64,000 nt of DNA. Source: the human T2T-CHM13v2.0 reference genome, Homo sapiens. This document shows, in pieces, positions 34,946 to 47,225 of this stretch; position 1 is the first letter of the stretch, and the number at the start of each line of letters is the position of its first letter. Position numbers and translations under genes: made by a program. The notes under the pieces are model-generated. The model saw only the letters and a list, made by a program, of their open reading frames with translations. It was not told the origin of the DNA and did not search any database. The stretch lies in NCBI RefSeq assembly GCF_009914755.1, contig NC_060947.1, one strand, 5' to 3'.

Positions 34946-35421
34946 TTGAGACCAGAGAAACCAAAAATCTATTTCACCCATTCTCCTGAGCCTTAGGCTG
35001 TCTTGAGCTTTGAGTGGGGACTTTAGCAGTACTCTTCTTGCCTCAGTCAGAGGGACACTAGGCTATATTTTCTCTTTCTCTTTTTTGTATGCTCCTTCCT
35101 ATGGATCTCTGAAGCCAGCCATTCTTTGCCCTTTGTGAGGGTACAGAGTCTTCACAAAAACTTGTCCAAAAGGTAGCCTTCCTTCCTGAACCAGAAGCTA
35201 ATCTCATCTGCCTCCCCCATTTCCCACTAAGAAGTCAGGCTTTTGCTAATACCTTGAGAAAAAAAAATGTGTTTGTGTGTCTGGGTTCTGCTCTGAGAAG
35301 CAGAGAGGCAGGCATCATCCCCAGATCTCATGTTTTTTCTCTGTCACGCTGGTATCTTTTTGGCAGGACTTGACATGTCTCTGCTCTCCTTTCCAAAGGG
35401 CTTTTACCTCTCCTCCTTCAG

Positions 35422-35617
35422 GGAAGCCTGAAATCTGAAGTTCTCTATTTAGAATGACTCTAGATGTATCCTTCAAGTACCAACTTGCTTGTGCAGTGAT
35501 AAATGTTATAAGAGATTATTGCAAAAGGAAAACAAATTTCCATTTGCCATCTAATGGGACACTTTTCTATAATCCTTGCCTCTGGCATAATGGTTTCTGT
35601 AACAGCTGTTTGTTCAG
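35422..35617 (+). other. candidate 196-nt exon overlapping a motif-rich unique block
   Basis: Acceptor cttttacctctcctccttcag (AG 35420-35421), donor cag|gtatgt (GT 35618-35619); TGATAAAT, two TAATGG and AACAGCTGTT inside. Confidence 0.3.
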
Positions 35618-36158
35618 GTATGTGGTGTGAGTGATCATTTCCTCAGCAGGAGAACTGACTCCCTATAGCAGCCTGTACGCCATTCAGGGTCGCTGAGAGA
35701 TGTTGGGAAAAGCTGAAGCCTGAGCAAGAAAGAGGATGGTGGCACGCGCTCTTTGAGCTGAGCTGTAAATCTGGCCACTTTTCAGTCAGACAGTCTGAAA
35801 ATTTCCTAATTCCTGCTCTAGCTGTCCCTAGGGTTTAACTCTCCCAAACCAGCTCACCAGGACACACGGGGGCTATAGGCATGGAGGTTTTCCAGCTGTA
35901 TCAGAAATTTCATTCAGTTTTAACGAACATTCCCTGAACACATACTCAGCACCTGGAACAGTTCTATGCACCATGAACGCAGGGAGACTCAGACATGACT
36001 GCTACCCCTAAGGAGCTTATAGAGAGGAGGCATGAATGCAGGAAGGGGCAAAGGAGAGTAAGGGAAAGCTGCCTGCATGGTATGTTGCTTGAAGTGAATA
36101 TTGAAGCAGGGCACAGTGAAGAGTCTAGAAAAGGACATTCCAAGAAGAGGGATCAGCT

Positions 36159-36373
36159 CAATGGTGTGCCGGTAAATATTCGACAATCAGCTTTCTGGAA
36201 AAAAAAGAAGAAATCTTTGATGTGTAGTGTTTTCCAATTTCCGTGCTGTAAGTAATCCCACCATGGCCCATTTTAAGCTACTAACTTGGCATTAGCTGAA
36301 TGCACAGTTGGGAAGAGATACATACATTAAGCTGTCAGGACCTGTTATGAGTTGGCTCCAACACACACCACAG
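36159..36373. mobile_element. MER63A hAT-Blackjack MITE
   Basis: caatggtgtgccggtaaatatt...tcccaccatggcc...gttgggaagagat...acaccacag; 8-bp TSD gatcagct (36151-36158) and gatcagcc (36374-36381). Confidence 0.88.
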
Positions 36374-36599
36374 GATCAGCCCCCACAAGGGCTGAAAGTA
36401 GCCTCTCTAGGCTGCATGGTGGTCCTAGAGGCTAAAGAAGTGGGACTTGGGCCGATGGGTGATAGTGCTGGAACAGTCAGCAGAACGCAGTCTGGAAAGG
36501 TTGGCAGGTTATGTAGGAAAATATGCTACAGGCAGTGAAAGACCACTGAAGGATTTTAAACAAGAGAGGGAAACAATCAAAACAATATTTTAGAAACAT

Positions 36600-36825
36600 C
36601 TAGTTGGTGTTCACAATCAAAATTTTTGGTTGCCTGTCTTATCAATAAAATATTTTTGAAAATACATGCTTACAGCATATAAACATGCACAACTGAGCCA
36701 GATACACTGTGTACAAAATACAGCTGAATATAAAGGGAAATGACCTAAACAAAGGTGAATGAATGTTTACATCTTTTTAGCCTGCATCCTAGTGGGTCAC
36801 CATAAGCACCTCATAACACTTGTGT
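36600..36825. mobile_element. MER113-like hAT-Charlie fragment
   Basis: AT-rich insert in L2 ending tttttagcctgcatcctagtgggtcaccataagcacc. Confidence 0.4.
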
Positions 36826-37199
36826 GGCTGCTGGGGTTGAGGCTGGAGGCTGGGTGACCTGTTGGTTTGTAATTCAGGTGTGAGATAATACTGGCCTAGA
36901 CTTAGGAAGGAGAGAAGTAAGATTTGAGCCTCTTCATGTAACAAAATCCACAGGACCCAGTGACGGAAGGGTTGGAGGATGTGGAAGAGGGAGGCATGAC
37001 TCACTGAGATGGAGAACACCGAGGAGCAACCAGAATCTTTTTCAGGTAGAGGAGAGGGGCGGTGACTCATGACAGTGACCATAAACTAGACAGTAAGTAG
37101 CCGCCGTGTGTACAGCATCGTCCAAGGCAGCTGTAACCAGCAAAAGGCTTCAGACTTGCCTTAATTTTCCTCAGTAGTTATTTACTGGAACAACAATAT

Positions 37200-37578
37200 T
37201 ATAACACCATTAGACAACATTACAGGATGTTTACAAACAAAAAATCACCCATAATCCCTGCATCCTAGTCCATAAGAGCTCATTTTCTATCCCACATTGC
37301 CTCCAAGGCCTTGGCCACAGGTGTGCATTTATTTTTAGATTGCTGTGATTACAGTATATTTACAGTCTTACAATTGGCCTTTTCACTTACCATCGAATTT
37401 ATAAGCCTTTTCTATGTCACAACATTGTCTTCATAATAATCATTTTTAATGGCTGCATAATATTCCTTGGAGATAATGTGCAACAATTTTCTTAACCCTG
37501 TTCATATTGCCTAACATCTAGATCGTGTCCAATTTTTTGCTATTACAGATAATGTGACAACCAATTACTTTGTGTCTG
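37200..37578 (-). mobile_element. L1ME4-type 3' fragment
   Basis: aaaaatcacccataatccc...tcatttttaatggctgcataatattcc...tccaattttttgctattaca. Confidence 0.8.
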
Positions 37579-38449
37579 GGTTCTAATTTTGGCTGACCCT
37601 AACTTACTCTGAAGTAAAGGACTGCCCTAGTTCTCTCCTCTTAAAAGGAAGCATTATGCAAGCATGGTTTCCTACTGAGGGGCCAGAACAACCTACTAGA
37701 TCCCCATGCAGCTTGGACTTCCATTTTCTAAGGTAAAAAATAACATGTCCCTTTACCTTTAGAGGTAAGTAAAAGGTACCCAAGGGAGGAAGTGGGACCA
37801 GGTGAGGAAGGGAAAGGACTGAGACCAAGGATGGAAAGTAGAGCAGCAGTGTGGGTGTGTGTATGAGTGAGTGTGCATGCACACATACACATGTGTGATG
37901 ATGGGGTTGAAGAGCAAGAAGCAGGCCAGAGTGAGGTTGTGTCCTAGCAGGGCACATGACATTAGGCAAGGCTACTGGGCAGGAGAGGGGTGTATCTGAT
38001 ATTTGGACATTGTGACATGTCTAAAGAAAAGGAGACACCCTTAAGATGTCAGCTGTTTGAATACTATGTACGTTTGCACAGCAACCTCCCATCTTTCCAG
38101 AAGTATGCACTGCGCATGCTATTTGATACCTCTGCCTAGTCTTAGCGTTCTGCAGACATCTCTCATTGCAGACTCTGCCTCAGAAGCTGCAGTCAAAGGC
38201 CTCATATGCCCTAGATAGGTTCCTCAACTCTGGTTTCTGGGCAGGGTCTGGGCAGGGTCTGGGCAGTTCAAGTGGCAGAGCCAGTGGACAGAGCAGCCTC
38301 TGCTTCTCTTTCACCCTGCTGGAAAGATCTGACCTGTCCGTTTTTGTTCAGTCTCATAGTCCTAAAAGCTCTGCTAATAGGAAGGGATATTAGTTAGCTA
38401 TTGTGGCTTTGGCCACAGGGAGATCGCCCAGACCTGATATGTCTCAGTC

Positions 38450-38640
38450 ACTTCAGGCGGTGCAATTTCATCTTTCACATTAGGAACAGTTGAAATTTTT
38501 AATAAATTCCAGGCATTAGGATTAATCTGTTGCTTCTGCTCCCTTTGGTCCGAATGAATCCCAGCTTATTAGGCAGATAAGATCTTTTCTCTTGGGGCCT
38601 GAGCCATCCTTTTGAGAAATTACTTTGCATAAAAAAAGGG
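38450..38640. promoter_or_regulatory. candidate conserved non-coding element
   Basis: TAATAAA 38500-38506, GGATTAATCT 38519-38528, AGATAA 38575-38580, TTTGCATAAAA 38624-38634. Confidence 0.33.
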
Positions 38641-38889
38641 AGAGAAGGTGGCACTGCAGTCAGTCGTGGTTCCGGGAATGACAGGTCTGGGGCAGGAGCA
38701 GCCTCCCTCTACCTTATCCCCAGTGAGTGGGAAATATGATGGCTGGTCCTTGACACAGCCTCTGTTTCTACAGAGTCAAGGTGGCCATGTGATTAGAGAA
38801 GAGGGAGGGGTTGACTATATGCATACCTGGATTTCCATCCCAGCTCTGATATGATAATGATAATAATAATAGTAGTAATAAGAATAAGA

Positions 38890-39185
38890 ATAATTTTATT
38901 ATCTATTATATGACAATGTATTCAGTAACGGTGATAAAGCAGTCAACAAAACACACAAAAATCCCTGTTCTCATGAAGATAGATGACAAAGAAATAAAAA
39001 CATGTGGAATATCAGATGTACTTGCAATAGAGAAAAAAATAAAGCATGAGGTAGGGTTGGAGGGGCATTACAATTTTAGACAGGATGGTTATAGAAGGCC
39101 CCACTGAGCAAAGCTCTGAAGGAAGTGAGAGAGACAGCCATGTGGCAAGCTGGGCGAAGAGCCTTGCAAGCCAAGGGGGCAATAT
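38890..39185 (-). mobile_element. L2a-type 3' end
   Basis: aacaaaacacacaaaaatccctgttctcatgaag...ctgaaggaagtgagagagacagccatgtgg. Confidence 0.75.
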
Positions 39186-39841
39186 GGGGCTCACTGTGAC
39201 TGTAGAAGTTAAACAGATACATCTCGGCTCATAGGCATCCTCGCATCTCCACTCATTAAGTGCAGACAAACATGAGGAGAAAGAGCCTGGATGACCAGGT
39301 TTTGTCAGTAGACTGCTTAGAGCTGCAAAAGGTCAGTGCCTTGCAAATCACCAGCTGAGGAATTCACCAATAGTCACCCAATGTAAGTTATGTTTTATAG
39401 CAGGAGTTTTTTAACATGCTTGCTCTGTGACCTTGAGCCAACCATCTGCCCTCTTTGGGCCTCATTTTGTTTTCATCTAGGAAATGAGTATATAATTGTT
39501 TCTATCAAGAGAGAAACCCGCTCAGCTGGGGTGGTCTCTGTGAGACCTCTGTGAAACAATGACAATGGAAGCATTTTGTGCACAGCTCTCTGAAAATAGC
39601 AGGGATTGTTCCTATTAGCCTGAAAGAAGTTCCAGCTTTGGGCAAGTCAAGTGGGTCTCTTTCCAGTAGCTCAGCAACCAGAAGATCACACGGAAGCCTC
39701 AGCCCATTAGCAAAAGTCGGTGACACTGCTCAGGGCTGGAGAGGGGAGCAGGAACTTCGTGTGCCCACCTTGGTTTCATGCATGCAGAGGGCTGAGATGT
39801 AGGCTTTGGAAGTACACTTTGGGAGTGCCAATTAGATGTCC

Positions 39842-40405
39842 TGCATTAGTTTTCTACTGTAGTGAAACAAATTTAGCGGCTGTAAATGACACCCATTTAT
39901 TCTCTCATAGTTCCCATGTGTCAGTAATCTGGGTGTGGCTTAACTGAGTCCTCTTCTTGAGGTCTCGCAAATCAAGATATGTGCTGAGCTGAGTTGTCAT
40001 CTGAGTTTCTAGGGGAGAATCTACTGCCAAGTACATTCAGGTTGTTGGTGCAGTGTAGTTCCTTGCAGTTTTAGGACTGAGGTCACAGTTTCCTGGCTGG
40101 GTGTCAGTTGAGGGCTGCTCTCAGCTTCTAGAAGTCACTCTTTGGTTCTTGCACATGAGCCCCTTCATCTCCAAAGCCAGCAAGAGTGCATCAAATCCTC
40201 CTCTTGCTATGAATCTCTTTGACATTCTCTTCCGCTACCAGCCAGAGAAAACACCAGCTCAGATAATCTCCGTATCTTAAAGTCAACTGACTTGAAAATT
40301 TACATCTGAAAAAATGTCTTTATGCCAGTATATAGATCAATGTATGATTGAATAGCCAGGGAACAGGTATCTTGGGGGACTATCTTTAGAATTTTTCCCA
40401 CCACA
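39842..40405 (-). mobile_element. MLT1E-type MaLR solo LTR
   Basis: tgcattagttttctactg...cattcaggttgttgg...atcttaaagtcaactga...ttagaatttttcccaccaca; perfect TSD tgtcc at 39837-39841 and 40406-40410. Confidence 0.9.
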
Positions 40406-41439
40406 TGTCCCCACTGTTATTAGAATCATGTCAACAATTTCTCTTGCGGGCTACTTCAAGTCCCGTTAAATGAAACAAAGATCACTTCTCATGATACTAA
40501 AAGTCACTGGCTTCCTGATAAGCAAAGAAGGGAAATAATACATCCCTCCTTTTATTGTTGTTGTATTTTTTTTTCTCTGGTGGCCTGGCCAAGGCTAAGC
40601 CCTGGGCACAGATACTTGGTATGTCCAGAAGGAGTTGCAACTCAAACTGTTAATCATCATCAGCAGGGAAGAGTCCATTTCTCAGGCAGGAAACTGAAAG
40701 TCCAAGACAGCCCCCAGGAAGGTGGTGGGAGACATTCTTTCAAGACAGGACAAACCAAACGCCAACTGGGCCAAGATTTTCCTGGCAAAATACCAGTAAG
40801 AGATTTTATGTGAAAATGCATCTACAAGAGTTCTTCCAAATGGAAGACTGGATCACCCAGGGTACAAAAAGTACTAGACTAGGCAGGCAGGAACCATCTG
40901 GCAACTGTTATTCTCTCCCTTCCTCTTCTCTTTCTTTATATCTTTTTCATTTGTATCTGAGCTGAGTTAACTGCTGTTCTTAAGAGACAAGAGTGGACAA
41001 TATCCTTTTTATCTACAGTACCATTAAAGATCCACTAGTCCAACTCTTTTAAGAGATGAGGAAGACTTTCCTGCTCTCCGTTTCTTCACTTGTCTAAAGA
41101 ATGGCAGACTCAGAAGCAAAACTGCAAGCCTGGTTCCTCGTTCTTTAGGGATGGTGTTATGAGAAAGCTGATGCTAAAACAAAAGGCTGAAAGCCAGAGA
41201 GTAAGCAGATGTCTTGATTTTTTTTTTATGCTAAACTGGGCTCTAAGAAAATGGAATAGGCCAATGACTATGTAAGATTGTAGTGGAGGTTGAAAGCTCA
41301 CTTTCCTGCATAAGATCTTGTTCCAGAAAGTCTTACAGGTCAATAGTCATATCAAATTTTTCATGAAAAGATAATCTTTTTCCTCTATAAGTTATTCCAG
41401 CAATCAGAAAAAGTGGGAATGTGTCCAGTTGAGTAACAG

Positions 41440-42135
41440 AGCTACTGTAATATTGATACCAAAAGTGGAGAGGAATAACATAAGAAAAGATTTACAGGTC
41501 ACCTATAATAAACAAAATATTAACTACATCTAAAGAAAACATTAACTAAATCTAAAGATGCATTAAAACAAAACAGCAACAAAAAAATTACGTCACGACC
41601 AAGTAGAGTTTATCCCCAGGATGCAAGAATAGTTAAGCATCAGGAAATCTGTCAATGGCATCTATTATATAAATGCACTCAGAGAAAAAAATGAAAAATA
41701 TTTGTATAGATGCATAAAGCACATTTAATAAAGTTTAACACTATTCGTGATAAAAATGTAAAATTCTTTATAAAGGGATCTCCTTCACCTGTATCAATAA
41801 TACCCATTAAAAACAGCAGATATCATACCTAGTAGAGGAGAAGCTTTAGAAGCGTTCCCTTTAACATAGGAAACAAGATGAGGATGCTGCCATCACATCC
41901 CAAATTAGTATGGTAAGTCCTAGAAAGAAATAAGAGGTATATAGATTGTTAAGGAAGAAACAAAATGGGCATATTTGAAAATTATGTTATTGTTTACATG
42001 GAGAGCCAAGAGAATTAGACAACCTGTTAGAACTAATGAGAATTGAGCACATTTGCTAGATAGAAGGTCAATATTCTAATATCAATAGTATGTTCTACAC
42101 CAGCAATAACCAATTATTAGTAGAAAATACAAAGG
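41440..42135 (+). mobile_element. very old L1 ORF2 reverse-transcriptase fragment
   Basis: cacgaccaagtagagtttatccccaggatgcaag (HDQVEFIPRMQ, cf. L1 HDQVGFIPGMQ), tagatgcataaagcacatttaataaa, ggaaacaagatgaggatgc. Confidence 0.8.
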
Positions 42136-42279
42136 CACCAATCTGGGACTCGATAAATGAAGTATGAAAGAGAAAAATGATGGAGACATGTAGCAGTGAA
42201 AGGAGAGAACAATGAACACGGGTAAAGCTGACAATGATCACATGTAGTGACAAGAATAGGGTGTAATCAAATCATGCTA

Positions 42280-42515
42280 CTGGCTACCATTTTTTGTGTA
42301 CCGTGTTCTGCATGCTGTTCTAAGTGCTACCCAGGTAATCCTCATCACAACCTTATCAGGTGGGTATTAAGATGATTCCTTCTTTATAGGTAAGAAAATG
42401 AAGGTTCTGAGAGGTTAAACAGCTTGCTTGAAGTAACCCATCTGGTGAATTGTGAAGGGAGGATCCAAATCCAGACAGCTCGACTTCAAAGGCTGTGCTT
42501 TTAACCATTGTGCTA
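42280..42515 (-). mobile_element. MIR SINE
   Basis: ctgttctaagtgct...aagaaaatgaaggttctgagaggttaaacagcttgc...tgtgcttttaaccattgtgcta. Confidence 0.8.
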
Positions 42516-42569
42516 GGATCCAGTACTGCTTTCGTGGCAGGGGTATGAGGTGGCTGGACTAAATACCGC

Positions 42570-42745
42570 ACCTTACTATTTGTAAAACACCTTCTCATTT
42601 AAGACCTTATGGGGTCCTCATGAACCATTTACAGATGAGAAAAAGGGAGCTCGCAGATAAACAACTTGTCCAAGGAAATAAAAGAGCCAGGCCAAGCACG
42701 CTGATCCTTTGACTTCTGCCTCAGCGCTTTGCCCACTACACCAAA
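42570..42745 (-). mobile_element. MIR SINE
   Basis: ccatttacagatgagaaaaa...aacaacttgtccaagg...cgctttgcccactacacca. Confidence 0.65.
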
Positions 42746-42789
42746 GGCGGGGGCAGGGGGGCATGGCAAGGCTGGCAACCATGGTTGCC

Positions 42790-43070
42790 ACCTATCTACT
42801 GTGAAGCACCTACTTTTTGTTTTGTTTACTTTTTTTATTAGCTTGTTAGATTTCCAAAGAGCATGGACAAATACTCTGGTAAAACACAATAAAACAGAAT
42901 TACTGGAATAATGAGAATAAAGACATAATTATTTTTAAATTATTTTTTGTTATTAAATTTAATAGGCATTATCAACTTGCTATAAAAGTTTAGAACCACT
43001 CTGCACTTTTGTTCTTACTTCCTTGCAGACTGGCACAGATCCATGGACCTCCTAAGTAGCACTGTTCTAG
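42790..43070. mobile_element. hAT-Charlie (Charlie4-like) fragment
   Basis: AT-rich body ending gcagactggcacagatccatggacc...agtagcactgttctag. Confidence 0.45.
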
Positions 43071-43539
43071 GTTTGTACCTTCTTTCAGCTTTCTATCCCT
43101 GTTGCTCTCCTCACATGCTCTCAGAAATACAGCAGGGAAGCCTCCCTCCTCCCAGACTTACCTGAGAGATTATCACCCACTAAGGAGATGGTTACTGTCA
43201 GGATGCAGGGTATGGCTAGAAAAGAGGGTGCAGATCCCCAAGGCTCAGTAGGCTTCTTGGTCCCTGTCCTAGAGTACCCTTGTGCTGGGGGTTGATGTGT
43301 GGAGCGCAGGGGTTGGGAGAGTGGAAATCACCTGGAGCAGTTAGAAAAAGTAACAGAAGGAAGAAAGTCAGTTGCTGGTTGATTATAGTGAGAGGGAACA
43401 GAGTTGTCCAACAGAGATGCCTTTCCAGAATTCTGACCTTGAAGGATTTATCTGTGGATAACTACCTGGCATCTACCTGACTGGTTCTTGGGAAAAAGAA
43501 TCAGGAGTGAGCTCTTTGCCTAGTGGTATCTCTTCCAGT

Positions 43540-43543
<4 letters not shown>

Positions 43544-43571
<28 letters not shown>
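43544..43571. repeat. T28 homopolymer
   Basis: Read directly; followed by cag. Confidence 0.95.
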
Positions 43572-43640
43572 CAGATGAACCTATGACTCTGTTGTGGGCT
43601 CTCCTTCACCAAGATCAGAGCATTGGGTATGGATTCAGGG

Positions 43641-43816
43641 CAGGGCCCACATCACAGGTGTGTGATTAGTGTAGTTCCACAAAGCCCTGTGCTCAGAAGA
43701 GTCCCATGCTGGGTTTAATGCTCTACTATTGCTATCTTGAGATTCTTAATAATTTGAAGAAGGGGCCCTGCGTTTTCATTTTGTACTGGGTTCCGCAAAT
43801 TATGTAGCCATTCCTG
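43641..43816 (+). mobile_element. MER45A hAT-Tip100 MITE
   Basis: gtgctcagaag...ggtttaatgctct...ttcttaataattt...ttttcattttgtactggg...gcaaattatgtagccattcctg. Confidence 0.85.
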
Positions 43817-44159
43817 ATTTGGAGTTTGTGCCCAACAAGGCAACCCACAGAGTGCCACCATGGGAGACATTGGGTAAGTGACAATCAGGCTGGATTTCCT
43901 CCTACACAACAGAACAAAAATGCTGAATCCCCCATGGAGCAGAAGAGAAATTGGCAGTCACTGTGAATCACATATTTTTCCTTGTAAGTCAGACAACATC
44001 ATCTGTGTTGGTTGGGGGATAAAACTGTATTGGGAATACCTAATGAGATGTTAAGATCTGCTTGTTTCCAAGCTGAAGTGAATCAAATACTGTGGTCTTA
44101 TTTCCTCTGATGAGATTTTAGTGACCTCTGGAGAAAGATTAATTAACAAAGAGAGTCGC

Positions 44160-44300
44160 TTTGCGTGGATTATCTCTTTTAATCCTTATGCCTCTTCAGG
44201 GTAAACATCATTAGTCCCATTTTGCAGACAAAGAAACTGAGGCATGGAACGGTTTAGTGGTTCAAAGCCAATTCTTTCACACACTATACCACTTGCCTCT
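44160..44300 (-). mobile_element. MIR fragment
   Basis: ggattatctctttaatcctt...tcccattttgcagacaaagaaactgaggcatgga. Confidence 0.7.
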
Positions 44301-45329
44301 ATGATGTCCTGGGCTCTATGTAGAGGTGGCGGTGGGAGAGAGGAAGGAGTGCCTCCAAATATCAGCACCAGCCTCTTAGCAGCGAACTCAGGCGAGAGAG
44401 TCACCACAGGGACTGTAGTCAGTCAGGAATCCACGCCTCTGGGACTGAGAAAAGTTGTGGGATGCTGGGAATTTGGGGAGGGGGACAACCTCCATTCATG
44501 TCATACATACGCATGTTCTCTTAGCACGGCCAGCCACCTGCCTGCTGCTGAGCAGACCTGTTGTGTGCCCTCTCCTCTGCCCTTTCCCTCTGAATCTACT
44601 TGGTCTGTCACCGTCTCTCTTCTTAGCCTAGTGGAATCAAACATTTCTCTCACTTCCTCCACAAGAGCTACACATTTGATCCTGTGCTTCTGGTTCCCTC
44701 TGAGTTCCTCTGAGTTAGCTGCTGCTAGGCAGCCCTGGGGCAAAGGTGCTTGGAGAAGGAATAGGTGGAAGGCAGTATGGGAGGGGCTACAGGGCAAGAA
44801 GGAGGCAACTAATACTACAGAGCTCTACCCTGCTCCTCCCTAGAAATGGAGATGTGCAAATGTCCTGTTTCCATGTGGCCTGGAAATTTGTCACCTTTGA
44901 TCCAACCACCCAGAGCAATGTTTAGAACTAATGATAACAATAATGTCTAGGATCTAAGAATGATTATGTGTAATTGTTGGTGAGTGTATGGGGAGTAAAT
45001 CAAGTAAATTCTCAGACTGATCCACCATGCTTTTTGGTAATTTGTCTGAGATTCTCCTCCCTGCAATTGCATATTTGCCAAAGCATTTGCTTTTTATTGG
45101 CCTCTGATGTTGATACTCCTGTGTCCCACCCAGACTCTCCCTATCAGTTGTCCCTTCTCTCCAGAATTTTCTCTCTCTTCCTTTCTCCTGCTCTTTCTCC
45201 TAACCCTGTAACCATTTTTATCTCCCTTATCTTGTAAAGAAAACTCCACTTTTTGTGAAGGTTGCCTCTCTCCACGAGATTGAAATTTTGCAAGAGTAGG
45301 TCTATATGTGATGCCTCCTATTCCCTCTT

Positions 45330-46423
45330 GCAACTTTTTAAGGCCTTAGAATCTGCTCTCATCCCCACTTCCCCCAGGGTTGCTCATGACTCCCTCATTG
45401 TCAACATGCCAAGCTTCATTCTGCAGAATTTGTTCAGCCTCATGTTCTAGTTTTTCCTAGAGCTGCTCTTATTCCTTAGCTCCCATTGTGCAGCAAGCTG
45501 CTTGTTCACATATCCTTCTTGGACAGCTTCTTGCTTTCTCTTAGAGACCACACCTATATCCCAGCTTCAGCCATTATCTCTGCAGTAAAATCAAGAATCT
45601 GTCTCAATCCAATTCTCCTTCCTAAGCTCCAGAGTCAGATATAGAGATACTCGAGAATCTCCACTTGCATATCCCACAACCACCTATAATCCTATCTGGG
45701 TCAAATGGAACTTCTCATGTTCACACTTCTCTCAAATACTTCAAAGTGTTCTTCATTTCAGGAACAAACACCATCATTAGTCTATATACTGAAGCCAGAC
45801 ATTTGGAATTCATTTTTGACTCTTAATCAGTTCCAAAGTTGTCTCCCCTTCTCACTTTCCACACTCTTCCTGCATGATCTAATCTATTCCTTTGGCCTTA
45901 ACCATCCCAAATCAATTTTCAGCCCAGACCTTATTTCAAGCCTCCAGATACATGTAACCAATGCCTAGTAGACATCTTCAGTTGGACAGCCTACAAGCTT
46001 CTTGAATTCATCATATCTAACCCTTATCTCATGTTCTTTTCTACACAAGTCCCCTGCCCTGTCCTACTCTATTATCCCCTAACTTTGTAAATGACATTAT
46101 TAACCAGCCAGATTTCCTCACAGACACTTGGAAGATTCCTCTTCCACCAACATCTAACCCACTACCAACAGGTGTCAATTCTACCATTAGGATATATCTT
46201 ATAGGCTCCCAGAAGTTCACTTATGTACCCAATGTTAATAATTTCTGGTCAAGAGGCTAATCAATGTGACACAAATATCTATCTCTAATAATTTAGGCTT
46301 CCTTCTTGTGCTCTAGGCCTATTGTCCAATTGCATGCTGAACACTTTCATTTGACTGTTCCTCAGGCTCCTTAACATATCTACCACCAAACCCATCACCC
46401 TTTTCCCCTTGTTCTTTCCTGCT

Positions 46424-46457
<34 letters not shown>

Positions 46458-47225
46458 ATAATGGCACCACTATACTCTTGGTATCCCATTCTAAAATCCT
46501 CTTGAGTATCTCTGACTAGCTCACTCTCATCTTTCCCATTAAGTCTGTTTTGTTGATTCAGCCTCCCTGCAGCACTCACATTCAGGTTTGCCTCGGCTTT
46601 TCTCTCCCTACTCTCCAACTTTGGTCCATCAGTACCTCTGGCTTCTTCAATGATCTGATTGCCCCAAGGCTCTATGATCTCTCCGATCTAACTTCCAAGT
46701 TCATCTCTTGAGCCCAGCTGTCATCATAACACAAATCTGCTCAAAAACCATCCATGTCTCCTCCTCTTACCCACACAACAAAATCCCAATGGACGTTCAA
46801 AACCTTGCTCAAGGGCTAACTCTTATTTCCACCAACTCCCTCAAACATATCCTCTGCTTTAGAAAATTAGGACTCTACTATTCTTCAAATATACCTTGTG
46901 TTTTCTACCCACGGATCATACTTGAAGCATTCTCCTTTTATCTACATTTGTCAAACAAAATCCTACTCCTCCTTCAAGACCTCAGACCAGGGTTGACTGT
47001 TTCATAAGTTTTCACTGAACAGAGCTCATCACTAGTTGATCTTTGCACTGTCTCCCAGCAACCCAATGCCTCCCATATTTTATAGCAATTGTTTGGTCCT
47101 GTGTCTCTTTCCACCTTTGGATTTTGAGCTCCAGAAAGGCAAGATCATGTCTTAGTTCTCTCTGTATTCCCAGGCCCTGATGCATAGTAAATGCTCAGGA
47201 AAATTCACTGAATGGATGCCTGCAT
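45330..47225 (+). mobile_element. cluster of degraded L2 segments, with (CT)n at about 46424-46457
   Basis: Repeated L2 motifs (ctccacttgcatatcccac, tgcctagtagacatcttcagttgga), ending catagtaaatgctcaggaaaattcactgaatggatg. Confidence 0.7.

Larger units (their letters stand above)
35909..37030 (-). mobile_element. L2 split by two DNA-transposon insertions
   Basis: ttcattcag...cccctaaggagcttatag; aggcagtgaaagaccactgaaggattttaaacaagagagg; attcaggtgtgagataat. Confidence 0.7.

Noticed and set aside
42773-42790. 18-bp perfect palindrome tggcaaccatggttgcca with RFX-like half-sites
   Set aside because: About 0.24 expected by chance in 64 kb (64000/4^9), and the half-sites are everted relative to a canonical X-box.
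44244-44843. 199-aa ORF
   Set aside because: Starts inside a MIR, is Ser/Leu/Pro-rich, and shows no homology I recognise. Consistent with a chance frame.
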